In this document: positions 1 through 10,043 of the stretch, one piece after another
Layout of the letters: each line of letters starts with the position of its first letter
Position numbering within the stretch: position 1 is the first letter of the stretch
NCBI GenBank assembly: GCA_965208105.1
Contig: OZ242318.1
Location: forward strand, 2,784,001 to 2,848,000
From: Candidatus Latescibacterota bacterium
GTDB lineage: Bacteria; Latescibacterota; UBA2968; UBA8231
Reading direction: 5' to 3'
Length of the DNA stretch: 64,000 nt
Program-made: the position numbers and the translations under genes
Notes under the pieces: generated by a model
Told to the model about the DNA's origin: nothing
Database searches by the model: none
The model's input: only the letters and a program-made list of their open reading frames with translations

Positions 1-272
1 CACTAGGCGCGACGCGGCGCCAGATCAGGCGGATAATGCTGGTGGAATACCTCCTCCTCGGAGGATTCGCCGCCGCGGCGGGCCTGGTCCTCGCCCTGGC
101 CGGCAACTGGGCCCTGTCCCACTTCGTTTTCGATGCCCCTTTTGCTCCAGCCCCGTTGCCTCTGCTGGTCCTGCTGGCTTTGGTCATGGGCTCGACCGCC
201 CTGGTCGGCACCTTGGCCGGCGGAAATATCTTTCGCCGGCCCCCTCTGGAAGCACTGCGCGCCGAGGCCTAG
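1..272 (+). CDS. FtsX-like/YbbP-type ABC transporter permease, C-terminal fragment (5' end outside the window)
   Basis: Frame is open from base 3: LGATRRQIRRIMLVEYLLLG...RRPPLEALRAEA, with TM segments typical of an FtsX permease C-terminus. Confidence 0.8.
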   Translation, partial: LGATRRQIRRIMLVEYLLLGGFAAAAGLVLALAGNWALSHFVFDAPFAPAPLPLLVLLALVMGSTALVGTLAGGNIFRRPPLEALRAEA

Positions 273-305
273 CAGCCCGGATGGACTTTTTCCAACGGGC
301 TGCCA
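272..305. repeat. Collapsed copy of MITE family 2
   Basis: gcagcccggatggactttttccaacgggctgcca closely matches the right end of the 51097-51262 element; gcagcccg/cgggctgc stem. Confidence 0.7.
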
Positions 306-308
306 GGT

Positions 309-1049
309 TCAGGGACCAGCTGGCCTTCCTTCCTCAGCGGTCAAGAGAGGTTTCAGGACCTTCCAGACGTTGTCCGCGGCGATCTTGTGGCCGGCAGGGT
401 TGGGATGAATGCCGTCGGGCAGATTGAGCTCGGAGACGCCACCTACCCCTTCCAGTAAGAACGGAACCAACGCTGCCTGGTTGCGTGCGGCCAGCTGCGG
501 ATACAAGGTGCGAAACTCCTCCCCGTACTCAGGCCCCAGGTTGGGAGGTATCCGCATGCCGACGACGACGACTCCCACCCCGGGGTACTTGCTGCGGGTG
601 CGGTCGATAATGGCCTGGAGATTCTTCCTGGTGGTCTCCAGGGCGATGCCCCGGAGGCCATCGTTTGCGCCCAGTTCGAGGACCAGCAGGTCGACCTTCT
701 GTTTCAGTACCCATCCGATTCGCCGCAGGCCTCCGGCGGAGGTTTCCCCGCTCAAGCCAGCGTTGACCACCTCGAAGGGCCAGTTCAGTGCGGCTATCCT
801 GCGCTGGATCAGAGCCGGAAAGGCCTGTTCGGGCTCCACGCCGTAACCTGCCGTAAGGCTGTTTCCAAAAAAAAGAATGACCTTGGGAACCGAGTGCGAT
901 GCAGCCCCACTATCCGTTCCGGAGCTATCGGCGCCGAGGAGCCCGGGCGTCGGATTGCCGGCTACTGCCCCGGGCGGGCAAGCGAGGCTCACCGCCACAT
1001 GGGCCAGGGCGAAGATTGTGAAAAAATGCCCTCGGCGGGGGGAGATCAT
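309..1049 (-). CDS. tesA: SGNH/GDSL arylesterase (TesA-like) with signal peptide
   Basis: Blocks FGNSLTAGYG, NAGLSGETS, ELGANDGLRG and DGIHPN; start placed at ATG 1049. Confidence 0.85.
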   Translation of the reverse strand: MISPRRGHFFTIFALAHVAVSLACPPGAVAGNPTPGLLGADSSGTDSGAASHSVPKVILFFGNSLTAGYGVEPEQAFPALIQRRIAALNWPFEVVNAGLSGETSAGGLRRIGWVLKQKVDLLVLELGANDGLRGIALETTRKNLQAIIDRTRSKYPGVGVVVVGMRIPPNLGPEYGEEFRTLYPQLAARNQAALVPFLLEGVGGVSELNLPDGIHPNPAGHKIAADNVWKVLKPLLTAEEGRPAGP

Positions 1050-1059
1050 AGTGGGTCGA

Positions 1060-1428
1060 TCACCCCTTGGCGAACACGCGGCCCTCTTCGACCACAATCT
1101 CATAGGTCTTGACCCGCAGTTTTTCGGGTTCGACCACCGAGCGGCCGGTTTTCAGGTCGTACTCGAACCCATGCCAGGGACAGCGCAGAATCTCGCCCGG
1201 CCGGCTGCCGCCATTGTCGCCGCTTTTCTCGCTGCAGGCCAGCCATGTCAACTGTCCTTTCCAGAGAGGAGCGCCATGGTGCGGGCACAGGCCGTGGAGT
1301 GCGTAGTAGTTGTCGTCGGCGGTCCGCACCAGCGCCAGGGGCCGGTTATTGCTAATCATAAAGTGGTAAATCCGCCCCGGCTCGATCTCCTCCTCTTTGC
1401 AGAGAAACACGCGGCCCGGTCCGTCCAT
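1060..1428 (-). CDS. Rieske [2Fe-2S] ferredoxin
   Basis: CPHHGAPL and CPWHGFEYD motifs. Confidence 0.9.
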   Translation of the reverse strand: MDGPGRVFLCKEEEIEPGRIYHFMISNNRPLALVRTADDNYYALHGLCPHHGAPLWKGQLTWLACSEKSGDNGGSRPGEILRCPWHGFEYDLKTGRSVVEPEKLRVKTYEIVVEEGRVFAKG

Positions 1429-1436
1429 GCGAAGTC

Positions 1437-2522
1437 TCAAAGGTTGTAGAGCCTGCGCGCGTTCTCGAAAAGGATCTTGCGCATGGTATCTTCGGGCAGG
1501 CCGGAAGGGAGGGCATGCGCGGGCGAGTCGAAGTCAAAGTGGGGATAGTCGGTCGAAAACACGATAACCTCGTCAGATCCGATCATGTCGATAGTCTGCA
1601 TCCACTGCCTGGCGCTGAGGTCCTCGGTGGGCTGGGTGGAGAGGCGCACGCGCTCGCGAATGTGCTCGCTGGGCTTGCGCTTGACCCAGGGGATCTCCTG
1701 GCGCAGGGACTTGTATTCGCGGTCGAAGCGCCACAAAAGGTGGGGCAGCCAGGTGAAGCCCGCTTCGAGGAACACGAAACTCAGGTCGGGAAATTTGTCG
1801 AATACACCGTTGCAGGCCAGGCTGATGATCTGCGCCATTGTTCCCTGGGGAATGAGCATGTGGCGCTCTATGTAGTAGCGTCCCATCCCCAGAGCGCCCC
1901 TGGAGAAGACCGTATGGTGCATGGCTATGGCCAAACCATGACGCGCAGCGGCCGCAAAAATGGGGTGGTAGGCGGGATCCCCGTAGGCCATCTTGGCAAT
2001 GGGCAGCATTACCTGCACCATCTGCGGGTGAGACCCCACCCGGTCGATTTCGCGCACCGCTAGATCGGCCTCCTGGGGTACGACGTGCACACTACCTCTG
2101 AATCGTTCATCCCTGCTGAGCCAGTGCTCGATCTGGTAGTCGTTGTAGGCGGCCGCCAGGGCCGAAAAGAACTCGAACTGCATGCGCGCCATGGCGGGGT
2201 AGAAATATCCGGTGAGGATGCCAACCTCTATGCCGTACTTGTCCAACAGCAGCTCCTGCATCTGGCCATAGTCGGCCGCGGCCGGACCGCCGCCGCCGGC
2301 TTCGATGTCGGCGCGGTTGCCGCCGCCCGGGGCCCAGTAGGCGAAAGGCTGAACGAAACCTCTCCACATGTTCTCTTCGATGAGCCGCCTCCAGGGATCG
2401 TCCAGATAGGGCAGGAGATCGCGCATGGAGCTGAAGGCCTCATGGACATCGGTGTCTATTATGGGGATGGTGCCTACGCGATTACTCCGAACCGGCGGGG
2501 CAGATTCCCGCACAACATCCAT
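1437..2522 (-). CDS. Amidohydrolase_2 family protein (probable PtmU3/AibH-like dinuclear oxygenase)
   Basis: IIDTDVH, MHH, FLEAG and FSTDYPHFDFD motifs; directly upstream of a Rieske ferredoxin gene. Confidence 0.8.
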   Translation of the reverse strand: MDVVRESAPPVRSNRVGTIPIIDTDVHEAFSSMRDLLPYLDDPWRRLIEENMWRGFVQPFAYWAPGGGNRADIEAGGGGPAAADYGQMQELLLDKYGIEVGILTGYFYPAMARMQFEFFSALAAAYNDYQIEHWLSRDERFRGSVHVVPQEADLAVREIDRVGSHPQMVQVMLPIAKMAYGDPAYHPIFAAAARHGLAIAMHHTVFSRGALGMGRYYIERHMLIPQGTMAQIISLACNGVFDKFPDLSFVFLEAGFTWLPHLLWRFDREYKSLRQEIPWVKRKPSEHIRERVRLSTQPTEDLSARQWMQTIDMIGSDEVIVFSTDYPHFDFDSPAHALPSGLPEDTMRKILFENARRLYNL

Positions 2523-2741
2523 CGGGACAGGTCTCCTGGTCTCGGGGAGTCAAATTTTTTTGGTGAGGAATACGGGACCCGTTCAAATCAACTCTCGTAA
2601 ATGCGGACCTGCCCGGGACAGGCAGGGATCGAGGCAAGATAAAACTTGACTCCCTCAGCGATATAACCGAATTTATATACTCTTTGCGTTTACCGAAAGT
2701 TTTCTTCCCCTTCCGGCAAAGCCGCCCATGAGGTATAACCG

Positions 2742-4718
2742 ATGGCCCCCAAGTCAGGACTTCTCATCGCCCCCGCGTTTCCCGCCGATTCTTTCTGGAG
2801 CTTCAAGTACATCATGAAGTACATCGGCCGCAAAGCCGCCTTTCCGCCGTTGGGATTGCTGACCTTTGCCTCACTGATGCCCGAAGAAGAGTGGGAGTTC
2901 GACCTGATCGATCTCAATGTGCAGTCACCGAGCGAGGGAGACCTGCACGACAGAATCAAAAATGCGGATGCCGTCTTTGCCGGAGGAATGAATATCCAGC
3001 GCAACTCCCTTGCCGAGCTCCTCGACGGACCGGCCAGGGGCACGGACACCCCCTGGGTACTGGGCGGCCCCATGGCCTCTACCTACCGCGACACCATACT
3101 CAATCCGCAAACGGAAACGGACCACATCCTCCACGATGGATTGGACTACCTGGTCTGGGGAGAAGCCGGCCTGTGGATCGAGGATCTCAATCTCGCCCTC
3201 AGGGAAGGCCCGCAACACCGCGCGGAAACTCCGCAAATTTTCATTCCCGAGCGCGTCCTCAACGAGCCTGACGGATCGCGAAAATATCTGCTGGACAAGG
3301 ACATTTTCAAATCCCTGGAAAGTATGCCGGTGCCGCGCTGGGACTTGATCAACGTGCACAACTACCGGGCCATGATGTTGCAGTCGACGGCGGGCTGTCG
3401 GTTTCGCTGCAATTTCTGTGACATCGTTCAGTTCAATGGCGGGTTTGCCCGCGCCAAGGACAAAGCTGCGATAAAAAAAGAACTGCAGGCCATATACGAG
3501 ACCGATTTCAGAGGTGGGGTTTTTACCGTCGACGACAATTTCGTGTCAGAGCCTGCGGCCATGGAGGACATCCTCGAAGGCATGATAGAGTTCCAACGGG
3601 AAAACAACTACCCGTTCAACTTTTTTACCCAGGCCAGCATCGACTTGGGCAAGGAGTCGCTGGGATACCTCATACCCCTGATGAAACAGGCTGGATTCAA
3701 CGCGGTATTTCTGGGTATAGAAAATCCGGACCCGGCCGCCTTGAAGGGCATGAACAAGATTCAGAACATCAAAACCGATCCCAAGGAGACCGTCAGCAAG
3801 CTGCAGGAACAGGGCATCGAGGTGTACGCCGGCTTTATCTATGGCACCGATTCCGATACGAGGCAGACCGCGGACCTCATCGTCGATTTCGTCAAGGGGA
3901 ACGGCATTTTTTCTTCCATGACCGGAAAGCTGACCCCCATGCCTCATACGCCCCTCTACGTCGAGCTCAAGGAACAGGGACGTTTGATCGAAGGCAGCGA
4001 TGCCAGCAACAACGTCGACGATACTCTCCAGTACCGCCCCGTTATGAGCGTCGAGCACCTCCAGGAAGGATTCAGCCACATCCTCAACTCGCTCTTCAAC
4101 CGGCAGGAACTATACGACCGCGCGCGCAGTGTCTTGGATCGAGTCGACGCGCATATATTCAGGGAGAAATCCATTGCTTCCAGCAAGAGGACGGCCGCTC
4201 TCCGCTCCTTCTTGACACAGGGACTCAGAGGCCGCGACGGCCGCATTGACAGCGAGTACTTCAGATTTATCAAGGAGGCCTTCCAGTGGGATAGAAGGTT
4301 TGTGCGTCAAACCCGAAACGAAGAGAAACGCCTGGTCCAGTTCTGGAATTCCGTCGCAGCCTCCGCCAATGATGCCATTGAACTCGACGCCCACAGTACA
4401 AAGCAATTCTCCCAGATGCTCGACTACGCCCACGAGGTCCAGGTGCGCTACTCCACGGACAAAAAACTCGATGAAATCCACGAATTCGTCCACAGTGTGA
4501 GCGACTCCCTCGCAAAGGGCTTCATTGTCCTTGACCACGCCCAATCGGTCTACAAATCTTCCATGGATTATCTCAGCGCCAAGCGCGATCTTTTCCGATT
4601 TCCCGGGGCTCATCTGATCAAGGCATTCGAACTGACCGTAATGGGCTCGCATTACCAGATTGTAGTCAACAACGTGCTCGCCACCGGGGATGCGGAAAGC
4701 CTGCACATGTCCCTCTGA
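2742..4718 (+). CDS. B12-binding radical SAM protein (DUF4070-type) with long C-terminal extension
   Basis: FPPLGLLT B12-binding start, GCRFRCNFC CxxxCxxC motif, VDDNF, GFIYGTDSD. Confidence 0.85.
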   Translation: MAPKSGLLIAPAFPADSFWSFKYIMKYIGRKAAFPPLGLLTFASLMPEEEWEFDLIDLNVQSPSEGDLHDRIKNADAVFAGGMNIQRNSLAELLDGPARGTDTPWVLGGPMASTYRDTILNPQTETDHILHDGLDYLVWGEAGLWIEDLNLALREGPQHRAETPQIFIPERVLNEPDGSRKYLLDKDIFKSLESMPVPRWDLINVHNYRAMMLQSTAGCRFRCNFCDIVQFNGGFARAKDKAAIKKELQAIYETDFRGGVFTVDDNFVSEPAAMEDILEGMIEFQRENNYPFNFFTQASIDLGKESLGYLIPLMKQAGFNAVFLGIENPDPAALKGMNKIQNIKTDPKETVSKLQEQGIEVYAGFIYGTDSDTRQTADLIVDFVKGNGIFSSMTGKLTPMPHTPLYVELKEQGRLIEGSDASNNVDDTLQYRPVMSVEHLQEGFSHILNSLFNRQELYDRARSVLDRVDAHIFREKSIASSKRTAALRSFLTQGLRGRDGRIDSEYFRFIKEAFQWDRRFVRQTRNEEKRLVQFWNSVAASANDAIELDAHSTKQFSQMLDYAHEVQVRYSTDKKLDEIHEFVHSVSDSLAKGFIVLDHAQSVYKSSMDYLSAKRDLFRFPGAHLIKAFELTVMGSHYQIVVNNVLATGDAESLHMSL

Positions 4719-4821
4719 TCTACGTTCAGACCTTGATTTGCTGTTGCGGAGGTCCCAACCTCCCTCCCCGGTGCCTCGGCCGGCAGATTGATCCTGGACG
4801 TACCCTCAACCTCAAAGAAAA

Positions 4822-6015
4822 ATGAAACTTGCAGATCGAATTGCCCGCCTGGGCACAGAAACGGCTTTTGTCGTCTCGGGCGAGGCGGCGTCGCACGCGG
4901 CCAAGGGAAACAAGGTCTATCACTTCCACCTTGGAGATATAAACATCAGGACCGCCGAAAATATAGTCGAAGCCACGCTGAAAGCCGTGCGGGACGGCAA
5001 GACGGGATACTGTCCCAATGCCGGGATACCACAGTTGCGGGAAGCGCTGGCGGTCGATATCAACCGCACCCGGGGCACTCACTACGACATGGAGAACGTG
5101 GCCATCCAGCCCGGGGGCAAGCCCAGCATCGGAAAATTTCTATTGGCCCTGATGAACCCCGGAGACGAGGTTCTCTATCCCAATCCAGGCTTCCCGATCT
5201 ACGAATCCCAGATCGAGTTTCACGGCGGCAATGGTATTCCCTACGGGTTTCGCGAAGGAGAGAAGACATTCGAGATCATGATCGATCAGATCGAGGAAGC
5301 CATTACTCCCCGCACCCGGTTGTTGCTCTTGAACGATCTCCACAATCCATCCGCTGCCGAAGCCACGGGCCAGGAGCTCCAGCGCCTGGCCGGCCTGGCC
5401 ATCGAACACGATCTCTTCGTCCTCGCCGACGAGGCGTATTTCGATATCCGCTACTCCGGCGAGTCGCGGTCGATAGCTTCCCTGCCGGGAATGGAGGAGC
5501 GAACCATGATCCTCTATACCTTCTCCAAAAAATTTGCCATGACCGGCTGGCGTTTGGGAGCTTCCATCGGCCCCGAAGATCTGATCGCTGTCATCGCCAA
5601 AATGAACGTCAACGACGAATCCTGTTCCAACCATTTTATCCAGTACGGCGCCATTGAAGCCCTCCAGGGAGACCAGTCGGGGTCAAAGCATATTCTTCAA
5701 GTCCTGAAAAGGCGGCGGGACAAGGCCGTGGAGATATTGAACGGCATCGAAGGGGTTCGCTGCTACAGACCCGAGGTTTGTTTTTATCTCTATCCCAACG
5801 TCACCGGAGCAATGAAGCGGAAAGGCCTTGAAGACTACGAAGCTTTTCGCAGGACAGCCCTGGAAGAAGCGGGGGTATCCTTCTGCACGCGGGCTCACTT
5901 TGGCCGCCCGACTCCAGGGGAGAGAGAATACTACGTGCGGCTGGCCTATTCGGGTATCCACGAAGAAGATATTGAAGAAGGACTGACAAAATTCAAAGGG
6001 TTCATCGAGAATTGA
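4822..6015 (+). CDS. PLP-dependent aminotransferase class I/II
   Basis: NPS, DEAY and FSKKFAMTGWRLG PLP-lysine motif. Confidence 0.9.
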   Translation: MKLADRIARLGTETAFVVSGEAASHAAKGNKVYHFHLGDINIRTAENIVEATLKAVRDGKTGYCPNAGIPQLREALAVDINRTRGTHYDMENVAIQPGGKPSIGKFLLALMNPGDEVLYPNPGFPIYESQIEFHGGNGIPYGFREGEKTFEIMIDQIEEAITPRTRLLLLNDLHNPSAAEATGQELQRLAGLAIEHDLFVLADEAYFDIRYSGESRSIASLPGMEERTMILYTFSKKFAMTGWRLGASIGPEDLIAVIAKMNVNDESCSNHFIQYGAIEALQGDQSGSKHILQVLKRRRDKAVEILNGIEGVRCYRPEVCFYLYPNVTGAMKRKGLEDYEAFRRTALEEAGVSFCTRAHFGRPTPGEREYYVRLAYSGIHEEDIEEGLTKFKGFIEN

Positions 6016-6174
6016 CCCCGGCCTGCCGGGTGGCTGTGGCCGGCACCTGGCCTGAAGCCGGACGGCCATAGGGCTCTCCCCGATTCGCTCCTGAGCTGCA
6101 ACTCCGCAACACCCACATCCTCTCTTCGCCCGGGTGGCCGCCAGTCGTCAGTCCTTCGAGAATAGGACCCCCAC

Positions 6175-7710
6175 CTACACCCACACACTGCGATCGAGAG
6201 AGCGATACTGAATGGCTTCGCTGATATGCTGCGCCTGAATCTCGTCGCTGTCCGCCAGGTCGGCGATGGTGCGCGCCACTTTGATAATGCGATCGTAGGC
6301 CCGGGCTGAAAGCCCCAGCCTGGTGATGGCCATCTCCAGCAGTTTCTCGCCCTCCCGCCCCACAACGCAATACTGACGAATGTGCCGCGCCTCCATGTGG
6401 GAGTTGCAAAAGATGCCGGCACAACCTGCAAAACGGTCCAGTTGCCGCCGGCGCGTCCGATTTACCCGCTGGCGGATCACTCCCGATCCTTCGCCGGACC
6501 GCTTGCTGGCCAGGTCTTCGTAAGCCACCGCCGGCACCTCGATGTGGATATCCATGCGGTCGAGCAGGGGCCCCGAGATGCGGGCCCGGTAGCGCTGTAT
6601 CTGGTAAGGGGAGCAGGTACACTGGTGGTTCGGGTCCGCATAGTAGCCGCAGGGGCACGGATTCATTGCTGCGATCAGCATGAAACGCGCCGGGTAGGAG
6701 AGGGCCAGGGCGGCTCTGGCAATGGTGACATGGTGGTCTTCCAGGGGCTGGCGCAGGGCCTCGATTGCATGCTTGCGGAATTCGGGGAATTCATCGAGGA
6801 AAAGGACGCCGTGATGGGCGAGCGACACCTCGCCCGGACGGGGGTAGGATCCTCCGCCGATGAGCCCTGCATCGGAGATGGTATGGTGAGGAGCGCGAAA
6901 GGGCCGATGGACTACCAGGGGCTGGCTCGAGGGGAGTACGCCTGCGACCGAGTGGATCTTGGTAGTGGCCAGAGCCTCCTCGAGGGTAAGCTCGGGAAGA
7001 ATGGTCGGGACCCTCCGTGCCAGCATTGTTTTTCCCGAACCGGGACTGCCTACCATTAGCAAATTGTGTCCTCCGGCAGCGGCTACTTCCAGGGCGCGCT
7101 TGGCCTGTTCCTGCCCTCGAACTTCGGAGAAATTCAGCTGGTGGTCGGCCTGGCTGTTGAACACCTCGGACACATCGAGATCAAAGGGGGGCAGGCGGAC
7201 ATCGCCGGCGAGAATATCGACGGCTTCGGCCAAGGTGGAAATCGCATAAATCAGAGGCCCGTCAGCCATTGCCGCCTCATGCCCGTTTTGTTGAGGAACG
7301 ATCATGCCGTAGATTCCTCGCTCGTGCATGCCAAGGGCCATGGGCAACATTCCCTGCACCGGCCGCAAGGACCCGTTGAGGGAGAGTTCGCCCAGCAATA
7401 CCAGATCGCGCAGACGGGGAGCCTTGATTTGCCTGGACGCCACCAGTATGCCAACGGCGATGGGCAAGTCGAATGCCGAGCCTGCCTTGCGAATATCCGC
7501 CGGGGCCAGATTCACGGTGACGCGCCGCCGCGGCCACTCGTAGCCGGCGTTGCGGATGGCCGCCATGACCCGCTCCTTGCTCTCCTTCACCGCGTTGTCG
7601 GGCAGACCGACGACGGTGAAGGAGGGGAGTTGGCGATCGGTGTCTACTTCGACGTGAACCGGGTAGGCATCAATGCCCAGGATGGCTGCAGACATGACAG
7701 TAGAGGGCAT
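6175..7710 (-). CDS. comM: YifB/ComM Mg-chelatase-like AAA ATPase
   Basis: GLPDNAVKES, GSPGSGKT, PHHTIS, LFLDEFPEF, AMNPCPCG, SGPLLDR; start placed at ATG 7710. Confidence 0.92.
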   Translation of the reverse strand: MPSTVMSAAILGIDAYPVHVEVDTDRQLPSFTVVGLPDNAVKESKERVMAAIRNAGYEWPRRRVTVNLAPADIRKAGSAFDLPIAVGILVASRQIKAPRLRDLVLLGELSLNGSLRPVQGMLPMALGMHERGIYGMIVPQQNGHEAAMADGPLIYAISTLAEAVDILAGDVRLPPFDLDVSEVFNSQADHQLNFSEVRGQEQAKRALEVAAAGGHNLLMVGSPGSGKTMLARRVPTILPELTLEEALATTKIHSVAGVLPSSQPLVVHRPFRAPHHTISDAGLIGGGSYPRPGEVSLAHHGVLFLDEFPEFRKHAIEALRQPLEDHHVTIARAALALSYPARFMLIAAMNPCPCGYYADPNHQCTCSPYQIQRYRARISGPLLDRMDIHIEVPAVAYEDLASKRSGEGSGVIRQRVNRTRRRQLDRFAGCAGIFCNSHMEARHIRQYCVVGREGEKLLEMAITRLGLSARAYDRIIKVARTIADLADSDEIQAQHISEAIQYRSLDRSVWV

Positions 7711-8096
7711 GGGCTTCCCAACCAGGAGAAGGGGATATTCGGGAAAGCATGGCAAATTTTGTGCCACGAGCCCGTCACCCTGGGGTCGCCTCTTGGGCTG
7801 CCAACCACGGGTCAGGTGTCAGCAGAAGAGCCATTAATCCATCGGCCCCGAGTGTAGACTGCCGGCTACGGGAATGTCTCAAAAACTACTCAGCTGCCTG
7901 AACCATGGGCAATCCTCCGAGGGTGTGCCAGCCACGGCGATACCTCACCCCGGCTACTGTCCGAACAGGGAGGGAGATTGCTTGACAGACACAGCGATGG
8001 AAAGTACTTATTTACGATTGCCTATGGGAGAATCAACGGCGGTAATCCCGGCGTTCGGTGCAGGAAGACATCACCTTTTTTCGGGAGACAGTTATC

Positions 8097-9230
8097 ATGG
8101 CGAAGCTCAGAGTCGGCCTGGTTGGCGGCGGCGGTCCCAACAATTTCTTCGGCCAGGTGCATAAACGCGCAATTGCCCTGGACGGCAGCCGCGATCTGGT
8201 GGCAGGAGCTCTGCGTAGCGACCCTGACGAAGCCATGGCTGCGGCGGAAGACTACGATATCCAGGGATACCCCAGCTACCAGGCCATGGTAGAGGCTTGC
8301 ACACAGGGGGGTTTGGCCCTTGACTACGTCACCATCGTCACCCCCAACGACGCCCACTACGCCCCGGCCAAGGCATTCCTGGACGCCGGCATCCCGGTGC
8401 TCTGCGAAAAACCCATAACCATGACTGTGGAAGAGGCCGAAGACCTGGCCAGGACCGTCCGGGAAAAGGACCTGCCCTTCATTCTTGCCCACACCTATAC
8501 CGGCCACCCGATGATGATGACGGCCAGGGAATTCATCCGAGGAGGAAAAATCGGCGCTGTCCGCAAGGTCGAAGCCTGGTACAACCAGGGCTGGCTGGCC
8601 TCGTCCCTCGAGAAGGAAGGCCTGCAGCAGGCGGTGTGGCGTACGGATCCCGCCCGTACGGGCATATCCAACTGCGGCGGCGATATCGGCACCCACGCCT
8701 TCGTTGCGGCCACATGGACCACGGGGTTGGCCATCGAAAAGGTATCAGCCCACCTCAACATTTTCGGCGAGGACAGGGTCCTGGATGACGACTTCAATGT
8801 CATCGGGACCATGGAAAACGGCGCTACGGCCATAATTACGGCGACCCAGATTGCGATCGGCTACAAGAACGACAATGGCTTTCGGATATTCGGGACCGAA
8901 GGATCGCTCGAGTGGCACCAGGAGCGGGCGGAAGCATTGCTGCTGCGCCGGGGGTCGGTTGACGAGACTTTCTGGATCGGCGCAAATTTCGATTTCTTCC
9001 CGGAAACGGTCCAACCCTATCTGCGCATGCCTGCAGGGCATCACGAGGATTTCTTCGAAGCTCTGGGCAATTTGCACTTGAGCATGGAGCTTCAAATCAG
9101 GAAGCGGCGCGGCGAGGATGTGGCGGCTGCTTTCGACCATCCGAATGCGGATACGGGAGTGGCGGGCATGAAGTTCGTCAAAGCGGCGGTTGAAAGCTCA
9201 GGGAGGGATGGGAGTTGGACGAATGTGTGA
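8097..9230 (+). CDS. Gfo/Idh/MocA family oxidoreductase
   Basis: GLVGGG, VTPNDAH, CEKP, DIGTHA. Confidence 0.9.
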   Translation: MAKLRVGLVGGGGPNNFFGQVHKRAIALDGSRDLVAGALRSDPDEAMAAAEDYDIQGYPSYQAMVEACTQGGLALDYVTIVTPNDAHYAPAKAFLDAGIPVLCEKPITMTVEEAEDLARTVREKDLPFILAHTYTGHPMMMTAREFIRGGKIGAVRKVEAWYNQGWLASSLEKEGLQQAVWRTDPARTGISNCGGDIGTHAFVAATWTTGLAIEKVSAHLNIFGEDRVLDDDFNVIGTMENGATAIITATQIAIGYKNDNGFRIFGTEGSLEWHQERAEALLLRRGSVDETFWIGANFDFFPETVQPYLRMPAGHHEDFFEALGNLHLSMELQIRKRRGEDVAAAFDHPNADTGVAGMKFVKAAVESSGRDGSWTNV

Positions 9231-9275
9231 GAGGGATGCCCCAGAACGAACCACCGGGCCCTCCTCGGGCTCGAA

Positions 9276-10034
9276 TTACTGAGCGACAAACCCCCCGTCC
9301 ACGGGCAAGACTGCACCTGTTACAAAGGAAGCCGTGTCGGAGCACAGCCAGGCAGCAGCTTCGGCGATCTCCTCGGGTTCGCACAGTCGCCCCATGGGGT
9401 GGCGAGCGCCGATCCTCTCCTCCTGCTCAGGGGTCCCGATAAGGTGATCTATCAGCTCTGTTCTCGTCCATCCAGGGGAGATGGCGTTGGCCCTGATTCC
9501 CTTCCTGGCGTATTCAAGGGCGGCTGTTTTGGTGATACCGACAATCCCGTGCTTGGCGGCGACATAGGGAGATGCGCCCGCGTAGCCTACCATGCCGGCT
9601 ACGGACGAGGTGTTGACAATGGCTCCACCGCCTTGCTCCAGCATCTGGATGATCTCGTATTTCATGCACAGCCACACGCCTTTGAGGTGAATGCTTATGA
9701 CCAGGTCCCACATATTTTCCGGATGCACGTGGATAAATGATCTGTCCCCGACAATTCCGGCGTTGTTGAAAGCGCAATCGAGCCTCCCGTAAGCCTCCAC
9801 GGTCCTGGCCACCATCGCCTCCACGTCCACCGCTTCCGATACGTCTGTGCGCACAAAGATCGCCTGACCCCCCGATCCCCTGATTCTGTCCACCGTCTCC
9901 TCGCCGCCCGCCAGATTGACATCGGCGACGGTTACTCTGGCTCCCTCCCGGGCAAATGCCACTGCGGCAGCCCTCCCTATCCCTGAACTCCCGCCGGTTA
10001 CCAGCGCTACTTTGCCATCCAGCATTCCAGTCAA
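9276..10034 (-). CDS. Short-chain dehydrogenase/reductase
   Basis: TGGSSGIG, NNAG, YVAAK. Confidence 0.92.
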   Translation of the reverse strand: MTGMLDGKVALVTGGSSGIGRAAAVAFAREGARVTVADVNLAGGEETVDRIRGSGGQAIFVRTDVSEAVDVEAMVARTVEAYGRLDCAFNNAGIVGDRSFIHVHPENMWDLVISIHLKGVWLCMKYEIIQMLEQGGGAIVNTSSVAGMVGYAGASPYVAAKHGIVGITKTAALEYARKGIRANAISPGWTRTELIDHLIGTPEQEERIGARHPMGRLCEPEEIAEAAAWLCSDTASFVTGAVLPVDGGFVAQ

Positions 10035-10043
10035 CTGCGTCCC

